Shown: positions 21,591 to 35,100 of the stretch, piece by piece
Layout: each line of letters begins with the position of its first letter
How positions within the stretch are numbered: the stretch's first letter is position 1
Source: Blasia pusilla
Taxonomy: Eukaryota
NCBI GenBank assembly: GCA_050084515.1
Contig: CM114271.1
Location: forward strand, 47,492,001 to 47,556,000
Length of the DNA stretch: 64,000 nucleotides
Reading direction: 5' to 3'
The notes under the pieces: generated by a model
Told to the model about the DNA's origin: nothing
Databases searched by the model: none
The model's input: the letters and a program-made list of their open reading frames with translations, nothing else
Position numbers and translations under genes: made by a program

Positions 21591-24500
21591 ATGTCGGGTG
21601 CAAAGAGGGCGAAGATCTGGTCGCCGGAAGGGAGCGAATGTGCGGACGAGGACGGGGACGGGCGATTGCGGAAGAAGCCGGACATACTAGTGGATTTGGG
21701 TAATGGAATGTGCGGTAAGCTGCGGATAGACGGAGCGGACGAGGACGAGGACGAGGACGCTGTAGTAGAGGAGGGGCGGTGGAAGCAGTTCAAAGAAGAG
21801 CTATACAAATCAGAGCTCTGGCAGCAGCAGTGCAAGGATCGGGGTTCCTTGAGAGGCGCTCGCAAAGAAATCCTGGATGCAGAGATCCAGAGAGCGTGGG
21901 ATGAGAGCGGCAAGGCGAGAGTGAATCGTACGCTGCTGACGGAGGAGGAAGAGGAAAAAGAGCAGGAGGAGCAGGAGCAGGAGGAGGAGGAGGAGGAGGA
22001 GGAGGAGAATGCGCTGGGGGACGGAAGTTGGAATGCCGCAGCAGACGCCGCGGGGCAGCTACAGAGGAGGAAGAAGAAAAAGCAGAAGCGTGAGCTGGAG
22101 TCCGCCGACGAGCTCGTCATGCTCAAGCCGGGGCTGCAGAGGTATATGGTGACTCTGGAGTATTCGGGCTCACGCTTCTTGGGGTGGCAGAAGCAGAAAA
22201 ATCGTGCAGACCTCAGGACTGTGCAAGGAGTGTTGGAGGTAGATGCCGTTTCATTCCTCCTTTCAAATTCGCTGTCAGCCTTTGTTCATGTGAAGTCTAC
22301 TGAGCTAAGGTGAGCGGATGTGATTTTCTCGTGATAGCTCTCCAGGAAGAAAATTGCTCTCGGCTATGGCAGCGTGATGATCTTCTCATGAAGGGTGGTC
22401 ATGCAGAGAGGGAGGATCTTCTCTATTAACCTTTGTTCATGTGAAGTGAATTTAGCGTAAGCTGAGCTGAGATGATCGGATTTTCTCGTGATAGGTTTTC
22501 AAGAAGAAGATTGCTCTGGAAATGTCAGTGTGATGGACTTCTCATGATGGGTTCTCCTGCGGAAACGTGGGGTGTTGAGTTCATGTGAAGCTTAGTGAAC
22601 TTAGCGTAAGCTGAGCTGAGATGATGGGATTTTCTTGTGACAGCTTTCCAGGAAGAGCATTGTTCTGGAATACGGCAGTGCGATGGTTTTCTCATTAGGG
22701 GTTGTTCTGCCGAGTGATGGGATATGCGTCTGTCACTTCCACTGTACACATTTTCTCGTTGCTTATGTGCAGGAGGCTTTCAACAAGTTCATGGGGGCGC
22801 CTGTGGTATGCAGCGGCTCGAGCAGAACAGTGAGTCTCAGCTCTATTTCGTCGTTTTGTTTTGAATCGCCAAAATGGAAAAAAAAATGTCGCTTTTTCTG
22901 AGATATTTTTAGCAGTTGCTTCTTTTTCTCCAGCTGTGACTGTATGGGACCGCCATGAATTGGAAGGCGGTGACGGGCATTTGCTGAGTACTTAAGTATG
23001 GTTCACTGCTTTCCAGGATACTGGTGTTCATGCACTTGCTAATGTGTGTCATGTTGATGCTGAGCGAGTAAGCAAGAGGAAACCCGGAGAAGTGGTAATT
23101 GCCGAATCCATCAACAGAAAGGTTTTGCTCACAAAAGCTTGTCCTTGTAAAATTCTACCCCGCATCCTTTACTGATATTAAATAGGGCTGTAATTCTGTG
23201 TTGTTTGACTGTTATGAGAGACCTCGATAATGAAGAGTTGGTCACGATTGTTTGCAGCTTCCAGCCCATCCGCCAGAAGTGGTGAAGCGTGCGGTGAATC
23301 ATTTCTTGCAGGTACTCTTTTGAACGCTACTTTTCATCCTTGTACACATGTGTATGTATGGAAGTATGACTTTTGGAGGTATACTGTGCAGAGAGATGGA
23401 GGGGACATGATGGTGGTTGATGTGCAGTGCGTGGCTCAGGACTTTCATTCGCGATTCCAGGCGAGGGAACGAACGTAGGTCCTTCAATTTCCAGCAGGCA
23501 AAACCGTTGAGTCTGCTGCTTTGAGACCCACTTGTGAGTTTTCAAAGTGAATGGGCGATGTTTGCAAGGGAAGCGGGGTCAGAGAAAGAAAAATTGTCAG
23601 GAGAGAGGAGAGTATCTTAGTTTTTTTCTCCTCTGCACAAGTTTTTTCCAGTTTATGAGAGATAGTGACCTTTGGATGGGATTTTGCACCTGTAAGCTCT
23701 TGGATGCTTGTGTCTCTGGTGTCAAGTGTTGGATGTGTATATAGGCTCGGACATAACAGCATTCTTTGTAAGAGCTGCCGGTTCATAAACCTCTTTTACT
23801 GAGTTAGATTTCACACTGACGGAAGGATAACCTGGAATTAAAGTTGTACTTTCAGAAATGAGCTAACTACAGTTGTACCTGACATTCGGAAATTTAGAGA
23901 GTAAATGGGGTTAGTAGGGGTTCTTTGTGAGTAAAGTGGAGAGTAAATGGGGGTATGGAAAGACTTTAACTCATGGAAAAGTTAATCTTGTAAGTACAAT
24001 GGGGGGAAACGAGTACAATTTTGAATCACTACACTGGACAGACTTATTATCTGCTGTAAAGAGTTTTTATCCACCAGAAAAAACTGAACACAAATAAACT
24101 CTCCATGGATATTGCGGGATCATGTTTTAAAAACCTGAATGAAGAGTAATCGTTCTGTTAAATAACGAAGGGACTGAGAAAACCTGTCTGACCCCTGGTG
24201 CGTATGGTCTGGCTGTTTTAATAAAAGTTCAGTCACTGCTTGTTGCCATTTACCTCTGGATAAGAAAGATTAACATAACATGGTTTGAACCTCATTCCTG
24301 TGGGTTTGTCCATTCAGATAATTCGACGTGTATTTGCTTCACACTGATGTGCTTCTGAACAGATCTATTGCCTACTATGCCATACATCTGCTGATGGTCG
24401 TTGGGGGATCCTGTAGAGAAGTGTAGAAAGACATCATCTTTTGATTGAACCTTTAGAAAACACAACCTTTACCTGGAAGCCGTGAATGCCAAAGATGGGA

Positions 24501-26550
24501 GGAGTATCTTTCTTTCAACCTTGTTATGTAGAAGTGTGGTTTTCCAAGTTTCTGGACATGGTTAAAAAATCAGATCGGGTCCTGGAAAAGCTGTATTACA
24601 AATGAGACTTAACCAAAACTCAGACAATGTCAAATCATTTTGTGATGAATGCGAAGTAAATGACTGGCACTCGAAGAACAGTACAGGATGTGATGCTCAC
24701 ATTCACAGTTCTTGTCGTCCATGGTCTAAGAAGTCATCATCATATAGCGAGTGCTTAAAGACTCTAGTAGTAACTTGAAAAGTCTGGTGATTGTAGGTAC
24801 CACTATCGAATTGTATCCGGAAATGCTCTTCCATCAATATTTGAAAGGGATCGTGCTTGGAATATCCCAGAAAGTCTAAATCTTTCTGCCATGGTGGTAA
24901 GGGCTATCCACTAGGCTTTTCCAAACTATTGACTTGCCACTAAATTACAGCCGCCTTAAAGTTTGGCGCCCATGAAAATGGAGTCTCCTACTTGATTTAG
25001 GAAAAGAAACCAGCAGCTGTATGCAAGAGGGGATGCTTGTGTATCAGAATTGAGAAAATTTCAGGCTGTGTTCAATTTCTCTTTTTACTAAATTTTTGCT
25101 TCAATCTCTGTTTTGATTGCACTACCTCCGACCCACTCTTTGCCACATTTCTGTGTAGGAAGCTTCACAAGTGTTGATGGGGCACCATGATTTCAGCTCT
25201 TTCCGTGCTACAGGATGTCAGGTTAGCAGATTCACTATCATTTGCATGAGACAGAAGATGTTTGTTTATCCAATTGAGGTGGTTGACAGATAACATTTAG
25301 TTACCTGTGGGTAATCAGAAGAAGAAACAGTTACCAGGGATCACTTCCAAAAGGAAACTGGAGATGGCATAAACTACTACTGTTACTCTCTTGTTCCTAG
25401 AGTTATACATCCATTCTAATGACTTGGTTTACTGCACACAAACGCGAGTACATGGTTCTGATGACTTAAGGTCTGCAAACATGAAGTGATTGTGCTCATA
25501 TCTCCGTTATGGATCTCTTGGATGATTGACAGGCCAAGTCCCCAGTCAAAACTTTGGATGAGCTGCACATCTGTGAGATGCCTGCATGGCCATGTTTTCC
25601 GAGCTTCGCAGAGCGCATACCGCATTCCAAAACTTCTGAAGAACATGAAGCACAAGGGAACTCTGATTCAAAAGGATCCGAGCTGAACAACAGATTTACT
25701 GAAGTGAAGACTTCAAGACCTTGCTCGTATGTCATAACAGCAAGAGCTCGGTCTTTCCTTTATCACCAGGTGAATCCTCCAACCTAGATGACTGGGTCTT
25801 CTTCATGTATTCCTGATTTATTTACACTCCAGAGGTTAAAACAGGCGTGTATTTCTGTTTGTTCAAAGTGGTAGAAATCCAATATGGCTGTGACCTGCAG
25901 GCTTCAAACCTGGGCTAACGTGAGTAAAGTCACAATGCAGTGTGCTTAATTGTTCAAACCTCACTACATACTTCAGAAGGGATAATTAAGGATGCGTGGT
26001 TGAATTTTCAACCTGAAACAGAAGTTGAGGGGACAATGCAGTGTGCTTTCTTGATGTTTGAAGTTCACCACATGTATATTATCAAAATGGTTGGATTCAC
26101 AAGCGTGTACTCTTGAAAAGACATTGCAACTACTGACATTGGAAGACGGTTGCTGGGATTTTGACAGGTCCGACTTCTTGTGGGAACTCTGAAAGCAGTC
26201 GGTGTTGGCCTACTCACTGTGGATGATGGTGGGTTGACTTACCAGCGTTGATCTGGACTCCATCCTGAATTGATTCATCATGGTTGCTGCTAGGGAAAGT
26301 GGACTTGTTGTTGCCAGCTTTTCTTTTGGAGAGTTACCTCAATTGTGTGTTAGGGTACAGTCATCTTACTGGGAATTTTACTGGCTTAATGTTATCATTA
26401 TTGTGTGCAGTGAAGAGAATTCTTGAAGCTCGATCTATCAAAGCCACTCCAGCAATGGCGCCAGCGCATGGCCTTTACCTTGCTGAAGTCAAATATGACC
26501 TTGAGCACCCCAAAATAAAGAAAGTTCATGTGAACATAGAGGATGAATGA
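21591..26550 (+). CDS. tRNA pseudouridine synthase, TruA family (10 exons) with an acidic N-terminal extension
   Basis: Exons: ~21591-22238, 22773-22829, 23017-23094, 23258-23311, 23392-23474, 24797-24896, 25159-25221, 25533-25769, 26168-26228, 26411-26550, all with GT-AG introns. Motifs: LEYSGSRFLGWQKQ..TVQGVLE, SSRT|DTGVHA (catalytic Asp), FHSRF..RTYHYRI, GHHDFSSFR, ARSFLYHQVR and APAHGLYL. The start codon is inferred. Confidence 0.93.
22280..22700. repeat. Three diverged ~150-bp tandem units in truA intron 1
   Basis: gttcatgtgaag...gattttct(c/t)gtga(t/c)ag...gaaga..attg(c/t)tct...cag..(t/c)gatg..ttctcat..ggg recurs at ~22283, ~22435 and ~22579. Confidence 0.85.
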
Positions 26551-29500
26551 ACAGCGGGCTTCTTGGGACTAGGCAAAAACTAGAATCCTGCTAGAATGGG
26601 AATCAAGCCAATTTGTCTCAATATGCCACGCTGGGGTCATTGGCCAAAAGCCCAGTCAGTATGGCACATAATGGACCACCTTCTACTGGTAGGGGATAGT
26701 TTTAGATGCTTCCATGGGATCAAATGTACATTGAGCTCAGGTGATGGTCGCTTTGGCACTGCGATTTATGGCGAGGAGTTCAAACCGGCCACCTTGAAAG
26801 CTTACATGGATTTGGAAGTGGAACAACCATGGTGTATCATTTCACAGCTATAGGAGAACTGCTGTGACAGGCTTTTTAGAGCCACCAATGAAACGCACAT
26901 CATGTTCACAAGTAGATGGATGTTGCAGGGTATGCGGTCGAGTAATGATATTCTTGATTGAGAGGTTGAGGTCCATTGTGTGGCTTGAACTATGTGGCTT
27001 GCTTGAGGGAGGGTGAGGCAAGTGAGTTTCAACAAATTTCTTTGAGAGGTAGAAGTCCTTTGTGTGCCTGACTAGAAGGATCTACAAACTTGGTCAGATG
27101 GCAGCTGTTTCCAGAGTAGTGACTAAAGTAAGTTCCATGGCCTTGGCCATTATGAAGTTAGATTCGATTTACATGACCCATTCTCAAGTTTCTCAAGGAT
27201 AGGGATTACATTGTATTGTCTCTATCTGTGTCGTGTGTTTGAGAATTGTCTCCTACCGGTTTACATCATTGGGTTCTGAATTATATTTTGCGGAATTGAG
27301 GCTTTGAAGCTGTGGAACGAAGGGTATGTCTACCTTCGCTGGGAATAGAAGAATTTACCAGCTGAGGCATGGATGCTCACTACTCAGCAGGGAGATTTTA
27401 GGTTCATATCTGTTACGTGAAACCAACAAGTGTTGGAAGGGGCGTTTACTTAATAAATTAAGTTGATTGCTTCTACACAGTGGTGGAGAATGGAAAAACG
27501 GCAAGGTTCGTCAGATTGAAGCCAGGGAGGAGTGTAAGTTGGGACGTTGGGGGATTGAAGCCGGCGACGAGTGGGTGTCCTTGAATCTTTTTGGAAATCA
27601 TTTCACAAATTTTAAAACACCGAGACTTCCTAAGAAAACCGAGAATCCCAAAACAATAAATCCATGGGTTTGGGATTCCCGGGGACTTACCCACGACTAG
27701 ACCCAAGGATAACTATTAAGGTTTATAAATTAAGTACTCGCACAAGTATGCAAAAATTTAAACATTTTAGAGCTTACAAAGAATCACAAAATTATGCAAA
27801 ACCAAATTTCCCACCTTTGCTTTTCTAATTAAGGGAACAGAAGTTCCCTTTCCCTTCCTATTCATCTCCATCAACCTTAAAAGAGGTAACATGTTTAACT
27901 TACCTCTTGAAATCCCCTTCTTGGAAATGCAATGAAATTCTCTATTCCTACACTTCCGAAACGGTTAATAGTAATGCCTTCATTTCGAGAAATGGAAGGC
28001 GTGATTGATTTGGGGTCCATGAGTGTATATTTGGAGTCCCACAAAGTTAAGTTAGGAGTTGATTGGGAGTCCTATAGTGGCTAATTATGGGCAATTCAAA
28101 TTACCTATCATTGATACCTACTTGTCTAATTTATTGAGCTTGAGTCAAAATATGTATAGTAACATTTCCTTTAGAAAATAACTAATGAAATAAAAGTTTT
28201 TCAAAATAAATGAAAGTCTTTAGAAAAAAGAAACATACAATGGTATGGATCGTTAATCCATATTATAATGCACGACCCCAATAGGAGAATAAGACAAGAT
28301 AGCAACCATAATAAGACAAAAAAATAATATGATACTTCTTCTTTTTTATGTATTATTTTGTAATTTGATATGAATTTGATAAGAAATAAAAATCTTTAAA
28401 TAATAATTATTGTAAGAAGTAGTGGAGTTTAATTTGATTGGTGGAAATTATATTGAGTAATGAATTTATGTTCGTGAGGAGTGGATTAAAAAAATGTTCA
28501 ATTTTTAATTTCTTTAGAACCCTTTTATAATAACTCTTCTTTTCGTAAATAACACGTTATTTGTGATTACCCATAAACGAAGCCATTCATGTAATATTGT
28601 AATCGAAGGGAGGGAGAAAAACAAAAGCATTGCAATTTTTTTTTATTAAAATCAGTGAGAACATCTGAAGAAAAAGAATCACCTCTCATAGAATGCAATG
28701 AGGGATCTTAATAAAATCTAATAATATTTACATCATTAACTAATGGATTTCATATTTTTCAAAGTGCATATATATTGACTCATGTCACTTCTTCATGATA
28801 TGAAAACTTGATGGCGGACAATGATTTGGATTGGAAAATGTGACTATTAAATAGGATTATAATTTATTACGCCAGATTTTGTAGATCAAATAAGATAATT
28901 TCAATTTCCATATTATTATTCGAGATTTTCTTTACATTTAAAATTCTTCTCTTTAATGATGTCAGCCAATAAGGTTTCTTTATTCTCCAACCAATAAAAT
29001 TACTTCAATTTTATTTGAAAATGGATTATAAAATCATAATAATAGTATTTACCATCTAAATATATGCGGAATCTAATTTGGACGGATTGAGCGTCAGCGT
29101 CGCTATTCGCATCTCTTCTTTGACGTAGGACCCCACATGGAAAGGAATTTCCTTTGGGAACCGTCAGGAAAACCTTGATGGGCCCACCACCTGACCACAG
29201 CACGCAGCAGGATCTCCATGGTGGGTCCTAGACCGTCTGTGGGTCGGTGGCTGACGGAGCTCCGTCAGAGAGCGGGGATTCGTTAGGGCTGGGCGGACGT
29301 CATTCATTGATCTTTGATGTAGTACTGTAGGACTAAAGTAGTCGTAAAGGAGCAGGCACCTTGATGAAGCCGAGCTCATGCCGCGTCAGCCGAAGGGGAA
29401 CGACACTTTCTCGATATATTACGACTTCTTAGTTTTGGGGTTTTTTTACTAGCATCAAAATATATTAACACGTATAAGAAGATTGAGTTGAGGGTAATAC

Positions 29501-29969
29501 TAATACGAAAAAAATACCAGTTATGAAAAAATCTAACAAGTATTAACATAGAGCGAGTCCGAATGTTTTTTATCATCGGTCACATCATTATTCACATCAT
29601 CCGACGGTTGAGAAATTATTTGCGGAATAACTAGCATTTGGTAATAATTTGTTTTATGGTCTCCACTCGAAATCAGAATGATTTTGCACCCAAATGTCAC
29701 CGGAAAAATACGTGGTAGTAGGAGAGAGAACCGACTAATACGACCTAGTAATAGGGGCGATAATCAATAACTAGGGTGTCCCTACTCGACCTTCCAAGTC
29801 TCCATTTTTGCATGATACTATGCATGAATCCATACTTTTTTATTTTCATAGCATTCTTGGAAATATCCTCTTTCCTATTAGACAAACACTTAATTTGAAG
29901 TCAAGCCCACAAAAGTAACTTCCTTTTGAGATCCCTTATTCCCTCTTTCATCTCAAAATTCAAATTTGA

Positions 29970-30312
29970 TCTCCACTTTTTTAAATCTTAAGGAATAATG
30001 ACATTCCAATCCTCAATTACAACTTAAATAATATCCATTTCCCATGTTCCATAAAAGTTCCATCCCCAACTTGAATAGTTCCATGTTTCCATAAAAGTTT
30101 GAATGTTTTATGTATCTCCCCATTAATTCTCCCACCAAAGTGACATCCACCAACTAAGCCTTTAGTTACTTAACTAAATCATTTCCTTCATCCATTCAAA
30201 TTCATTTTCCCTTCTCAAAATATCATGAATTAAAGGATGAAATTGTTTTTTTTATTACTATTTTGTCATATAATCTCATTATTATGTCTTATTGAGCACA
30301 TGGGATTGCCAA
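29970..30312 (+). repeat. Diverged copy of the 1-420 AT-rich repeat family
   Basis: It starts ttaaatcttaaggaataatgacattcca and ends tgtcttattgagcacatgggattgcc, resembling both ends of the 1-420 copy. A further possible inverted remnant lies at ~28270-28490. Confidence 0.5.
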
Positions 30313-30645
30313 TAATAATATAGATAACCCATACTCCATACTTTACGAGTGGAGTATTGACATTCTTAGAAGAGTGCATGGAAAACTTGTAAGAGAATAT
30401 ATGTCCTTATACATATGCTTTTTTTCCAAACCTCCAAAAAAGTGGGAAAATGATATAAAAAAAAAGTTCATGTGTTTTTTGTGTTAATAATATGAGATTT
30501 GGAAGAAAATCTATTCAGCCAATAAAATTATAACCTTTTTGAAAAATTTCCTAGTTCAATCTGAAAGAACCTATTGCATAACTTTTTTCCCCTTGTAAAA
30601 AGTTTCATTTCTTTAAATAAATATGAATTTTCTTTCCCATTCTAA

Positions 30646-30680
30646 CTAGTGTATAGCCTGTGCTATGCACAAGAGTGAAG
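30646..30680 (-). mobile_element. Orphan Helitron 3' terminus
   Basis: The minus strand reads cttgtgcatagcacaggctatacaCTAG|T, a hairpin about 8 nt upstream of CTAG. The 5' end was not located. Confidence 0.55.
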
Positions 30681-32175
30681 GGACTAACAAATTCAAATTT
30701 TTTTTTCTATTGTCCGTATTATGGGAAACATTTTCTTGCTGCCTAATTACCACGTGTCAAGCAAACACATGTTTGCAAATCATGGATGGACTAATGATTG
30801 AACCAACCCTCAAAATCATTAAGTGACATTTTCAATCAACTCCAAACGTTGCTATTGGATGAGAAATTGGACAGTCCTATTTGTTGAAAGGGACCGACGT
30901 CCAAAAGAAAAGTGTTTTATAGACAAGAGGATGCTCTCCAATAATAATAAAACTTATGCCATTTTCTTTCTTGAATGGAAAACTGTAACCCATAATTTTC
31001 AGTATTTAGCTTTTCTCAAAAGTGCATACTGCATCAACATCTTTACTTGGTGGCCACCATAAGTATAAAATAAAAGAAAGCTTTGAATTGCCACGCTTTT
31101 CTTATTAGTACTCCTAGCACTCGGTTTCTAATCCTAGAAGAAGTCCAACATTCCATAATACACATTCTACGCTTCAACCGAAAACACCACACGCATTCGT
31201 GGAAGGAATTGACGAGGAAAAACGTGTTGCTACTTTGGGATTCGCGAGAGTAAAGGAATGATTTCTCCTCCGACCAAACGAAATCCGTTGAAGGGGAAAA
31301 TTTTCAGTCGAATGATTCCGTTCCTGTTTATTCTGTAATTTAAGAGCCCTTACGACGACGCTTTCCATTTAATGATGAAATTCCCTGTGCTGCGTCTTCC
31401 ACGTCCACCGACGATTGCGCCTCCGTTCTCTCCGTCCATTCGGTCCCCCTTTCACGACTCGGATCAGCTCTGCCCGCCCGCCTCCACAAATTCTCGGTCG
31501 CCACTGCTCGCGACATTAATGGCTCCTCTCCCACTTCGCTTGTTGTTTGTTCGCTGCTTGACAGGATCCTTGCGCTGCTGCTGCTGAATGCACACACAGA
31601 AAAGCATGCGAAGAAGCGGGCGAGAGAATGAATAACTGAAGTGATTTGTTCGTGTCGGAAGAGAGTGAGAGAGGGAGGGGAGGGGAATAGGGTCAGGAGA
31701 AGTGGCTGAACGGCGGAAAGGGTGAGTGATTGCAGCGAGGTACATTCGCCAGTGGAGTTCGGGCTCCGAGGCCGCCAATTTGGAGGTTCTCATTGGGATG
31801 AGTTTTGTTGCGTAGAGGAGTTGCGTGCGTTGGGATTTAAAGGTGGAATGTGCGAGGTCGTCGTGTGTGTGGGGGCGTGGGATTCGGAACTTGTGATTGA
31901 AAAATTTGTGATTGTAATGCTTCCGTTTTCTCGAGTGGTTTTCGTAGTTTCGTGATTGCAATGCCTCTCCTCCGTTTTCTTCTGTGGAGTTTGCAATTGG
32001 AGGGACGGGTTGTGGAGGGAGTGAGGGATAATGGTGCAGTGGGGCTTACTTCTCCGAGGGCATGTTGGCAGGTGGAGGAATGCGCCGGTTCTGAGTTGTG
32101 GGACGTCTTGTTCCATCGATGGCAGTAATATTCTGGAGCTGAGATCGTTTAATTTGGAGCGGTTGGGAGCGAGAG

Positions 32176-35100
32176 ATGGAGGCCGTGAGCAAGACACCTG
32201 TTTTGGAGCTGTGCCAGCATAAATCTGCATTTGGACAGCTCGGAAGACAGGCTTCTGCGGTCTCGAGTCCAAGATTTTGTAGGTTGGGGTTTAGGAATGG
32301 ACAGATATGGGACGTGCAATCCAACCGATTGAGGAGGAACAATGCCGCGCCCAAGCCGGTTGAAAAGAGTCGGAGCAATGGCATTCAAGTTGTCCTTGCA
32401 GGTGAGAATCAACCCGGAGGATGTATGAAGCCTTTGCACATGATTCCATTCTTCTGCCTCGTCGGGGGTTCGACGTGGAACGTTCACTTGGCCTCCGAAT
32501 TGGTACTCCTGCAGAATCTGGCACAGCAATGAACTCAAAGCTGATTCTCTCCTGTGTTGGATAGCGGAGTCCCCTGCAACCTCTGGAAGCCATCACCACT
32601 CCTCTGGTTTCGAATTCAATGAATCCCACGATTTTTTCTCTTCTAAATTCCATTTCCACGGCATTGCGGACTTTTACGGAAGGATAAGAGCAGCCGAACA
32701 GTTGTCGTTCCCTGGTGCTGGTGTAGGGTGCACTACTGTCAGCGCATGGGAGTGATTTTTCCCTCCCTTGCTCTCGAGTCTCAGCGTAATGAGAGGAGAT
32801 TCACCTGTAGGGAGTTCCTGAATGTGGCATTCCCGGGTGGCTGCTTGTTGATTCCATCTGCTTTTAAGGTTCAGCAGACGAAGACGAAGGCCCAATTACG
32901 TAGCTGCCGAAGTTCCATTCACACCTCTTCTCGCGGCTATTCCTTGTACCTGGAATTTTTTCGTCCAATTTTCAATTCATATCGAGGAACATGTGCTCGT
33001 CTGTGCAGTTAAGTCAGTCTGGTTTTGAAAACCTAGTTGTCTTTGGCAGATGTGGCTGTTATCACAGAAGAGAAAGCAAAGGAACAATCGGTGCTACCGC
33101 AGGGTGACTCGTGGTCCATCCACAAGTTTGGAGGAACTTGTGTTGGTACGGTCGAGAGGATCTCCAATGTGGCCAGCATTATCGTGGATGATCTATCACA
33201 CAGGAAAGCTGTCGTAGTTTCGGCCATGGAGAAGGTAACAGACATGATGTATGATATGCTCGATAAAGCCCAGCATCGGAATGAAGAGTATTTGGCTGCC
33301 TTGGAAGTGATTGAAGAGAAACACAGGAGTACTGCAACAGCTCTGCTTGGTGAAGGAGATGATTTGAAGAATTTCCTCACAAGGCTTGAGGAGGATATCA
33401 TCAACTTGAGGGCCATGCTACGTGCCATTTACATTGGTAAGGTTGATTAAGAAATCTGGTTTCGTTCACCCCTCATATGCTTAATTTTGTGTGGTCTACA
33501 TCTAATGGCGCATGCTTTTGTGTCCGTAGCTGGACATGCCTCCGAAAGCTTCTCAGATTACGTGGCTGGGCATGGGGAACTATGGTCTGCGCAAATGTTG
33601 GCAGATGCTGTGAGGAAGGTAATTCTCTGATTTTCTGAAGAGTATCGTTGACTGTCATCTTTCCAGATTACCACAAGTTGAGATTCATGTGATTTATTTC
33701 CTCCTATGATTGATTTGCTAATCAAGAGTAAAAAGTGTCAAACCTCATACACGGGAATTTCAAGACCAGGCAGTAATAGGGGCAGACTTATGATTGCAGA
33801 AAGGTCTACCATGTGTCTGGATGGACGCCAGGGAGGTTCTTGTTGTAAATCCCACAAATGGAAATCAAGTAGATCCAGATTTTGAAGCATCCTTGGCAAG
33901 ACTTGAAAAGTGGTATGCCAAGTCTCCAGCAGACACTATCATTGTGACCGGATTTATTGCAAGCACTTCTCAAAATATTCCCACTACCCTCAAACGAGAT
34001 GGTAGTGATTTCTCAGCAGCAATAATGGGAAACTTGCTTAGAGCTGGCGGAGTGACCATATGGACCGATGTTGATGGAGTGTACAGTGCTGATCCAAGAA
34101 AAGGTAAATTTTCTATGGAAAACAGTATGCAATTTTCAGGCTTCAACAGCTTACAGGTAGCTTCAACAGCTTACAGCTGCAGAGTTTCCTTAAGCTTCCT
34201 GACAGTAGTTGCCATGGATGGAGGAGTTGTGTAACACTCATCATATTGCTCCATACTCTTCATTAGTCCAGAGTTGGAGCAACCTGGGATCCTTTTTCAG
34301 TAAGAAAAAGCACATCGCAGCCTTGTCTTCCAAAAGTTAGCAGATGAACGTCGGGGGAATATCAGGTGTGTATCTTATGTTAAACTGAGTAGTTCTTGGT
34401 TGGTGTCCAAACAGTGAAGGATGCTGTTGTGTTGAGTACACTCTCCTATCAAGAGGCGTGGGAGATGGTACGTTATATTTTTAACACTGTAAAGACTACT
34501 TGCGATGGCAAGAAGAGCTGGGCTTGCTAACTTGTCATCAACTGTTCTAGACCATATGCCTGGTAGCACCACTGCCCTTTCATTTACATGGCTTGGCCCA
34601 TGCAAGAAGCTTGCTGATCAAAATCTTTCAATTGTTCGCAACTTGGGATTTTGCTTAATCAATTACATTTCTTGGGTGTAGTTCTGTTGTCCGGATCTGT
34701 CCATCATTGTGTGGATTTCAGATGATTGTGTGCATTTACTGGTATGTCTATCTTTTGGTGACACCTGCATTTTGATTAATCCTGCAGTCCTACTTTGGAG
34801 CAAATGTTCTGCACCCAAGAACCATGATCCCTGTGAAGGCATTTAACATTCCGATTACAATTCGAAATGTCTTCAATGTGTCAGCTCCGGGTACCAAGAT
34901 ATGGTGTTCTCCCACAAGTGATGATGAATATGAGTATGATGAAAATGAGGTTTATGGTGCTGATAAAGTGGTGAAAGGTTTCGCCACTATTGATCACATG
35001 GCCCTCATTAATGTAGAGGGGTATGATTTCTCCTTACCATAAATGTGGTGTTTCTCTTTAAGGATTAGACCTCAATTATCGAGTGGAAATACAATGTTCA

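Noticed and set aside
21476..22126. 216-aa Ser-rich minus-strand ORF
   Set aside because: It is the antisense shadow of the GAG-rich truA exon 1.
26596..27035. ORFs after the truA stop as a separate gene
   Set aside because: They are short, have no recognisable motif and are probably 3' UTR.
31340..32659. Cluster of minus-strand ORFs as a divergent gene
   Set aside because: They overlap the GC-rich AK-HSDH leader and transit-peptide exon and show no domain signal.
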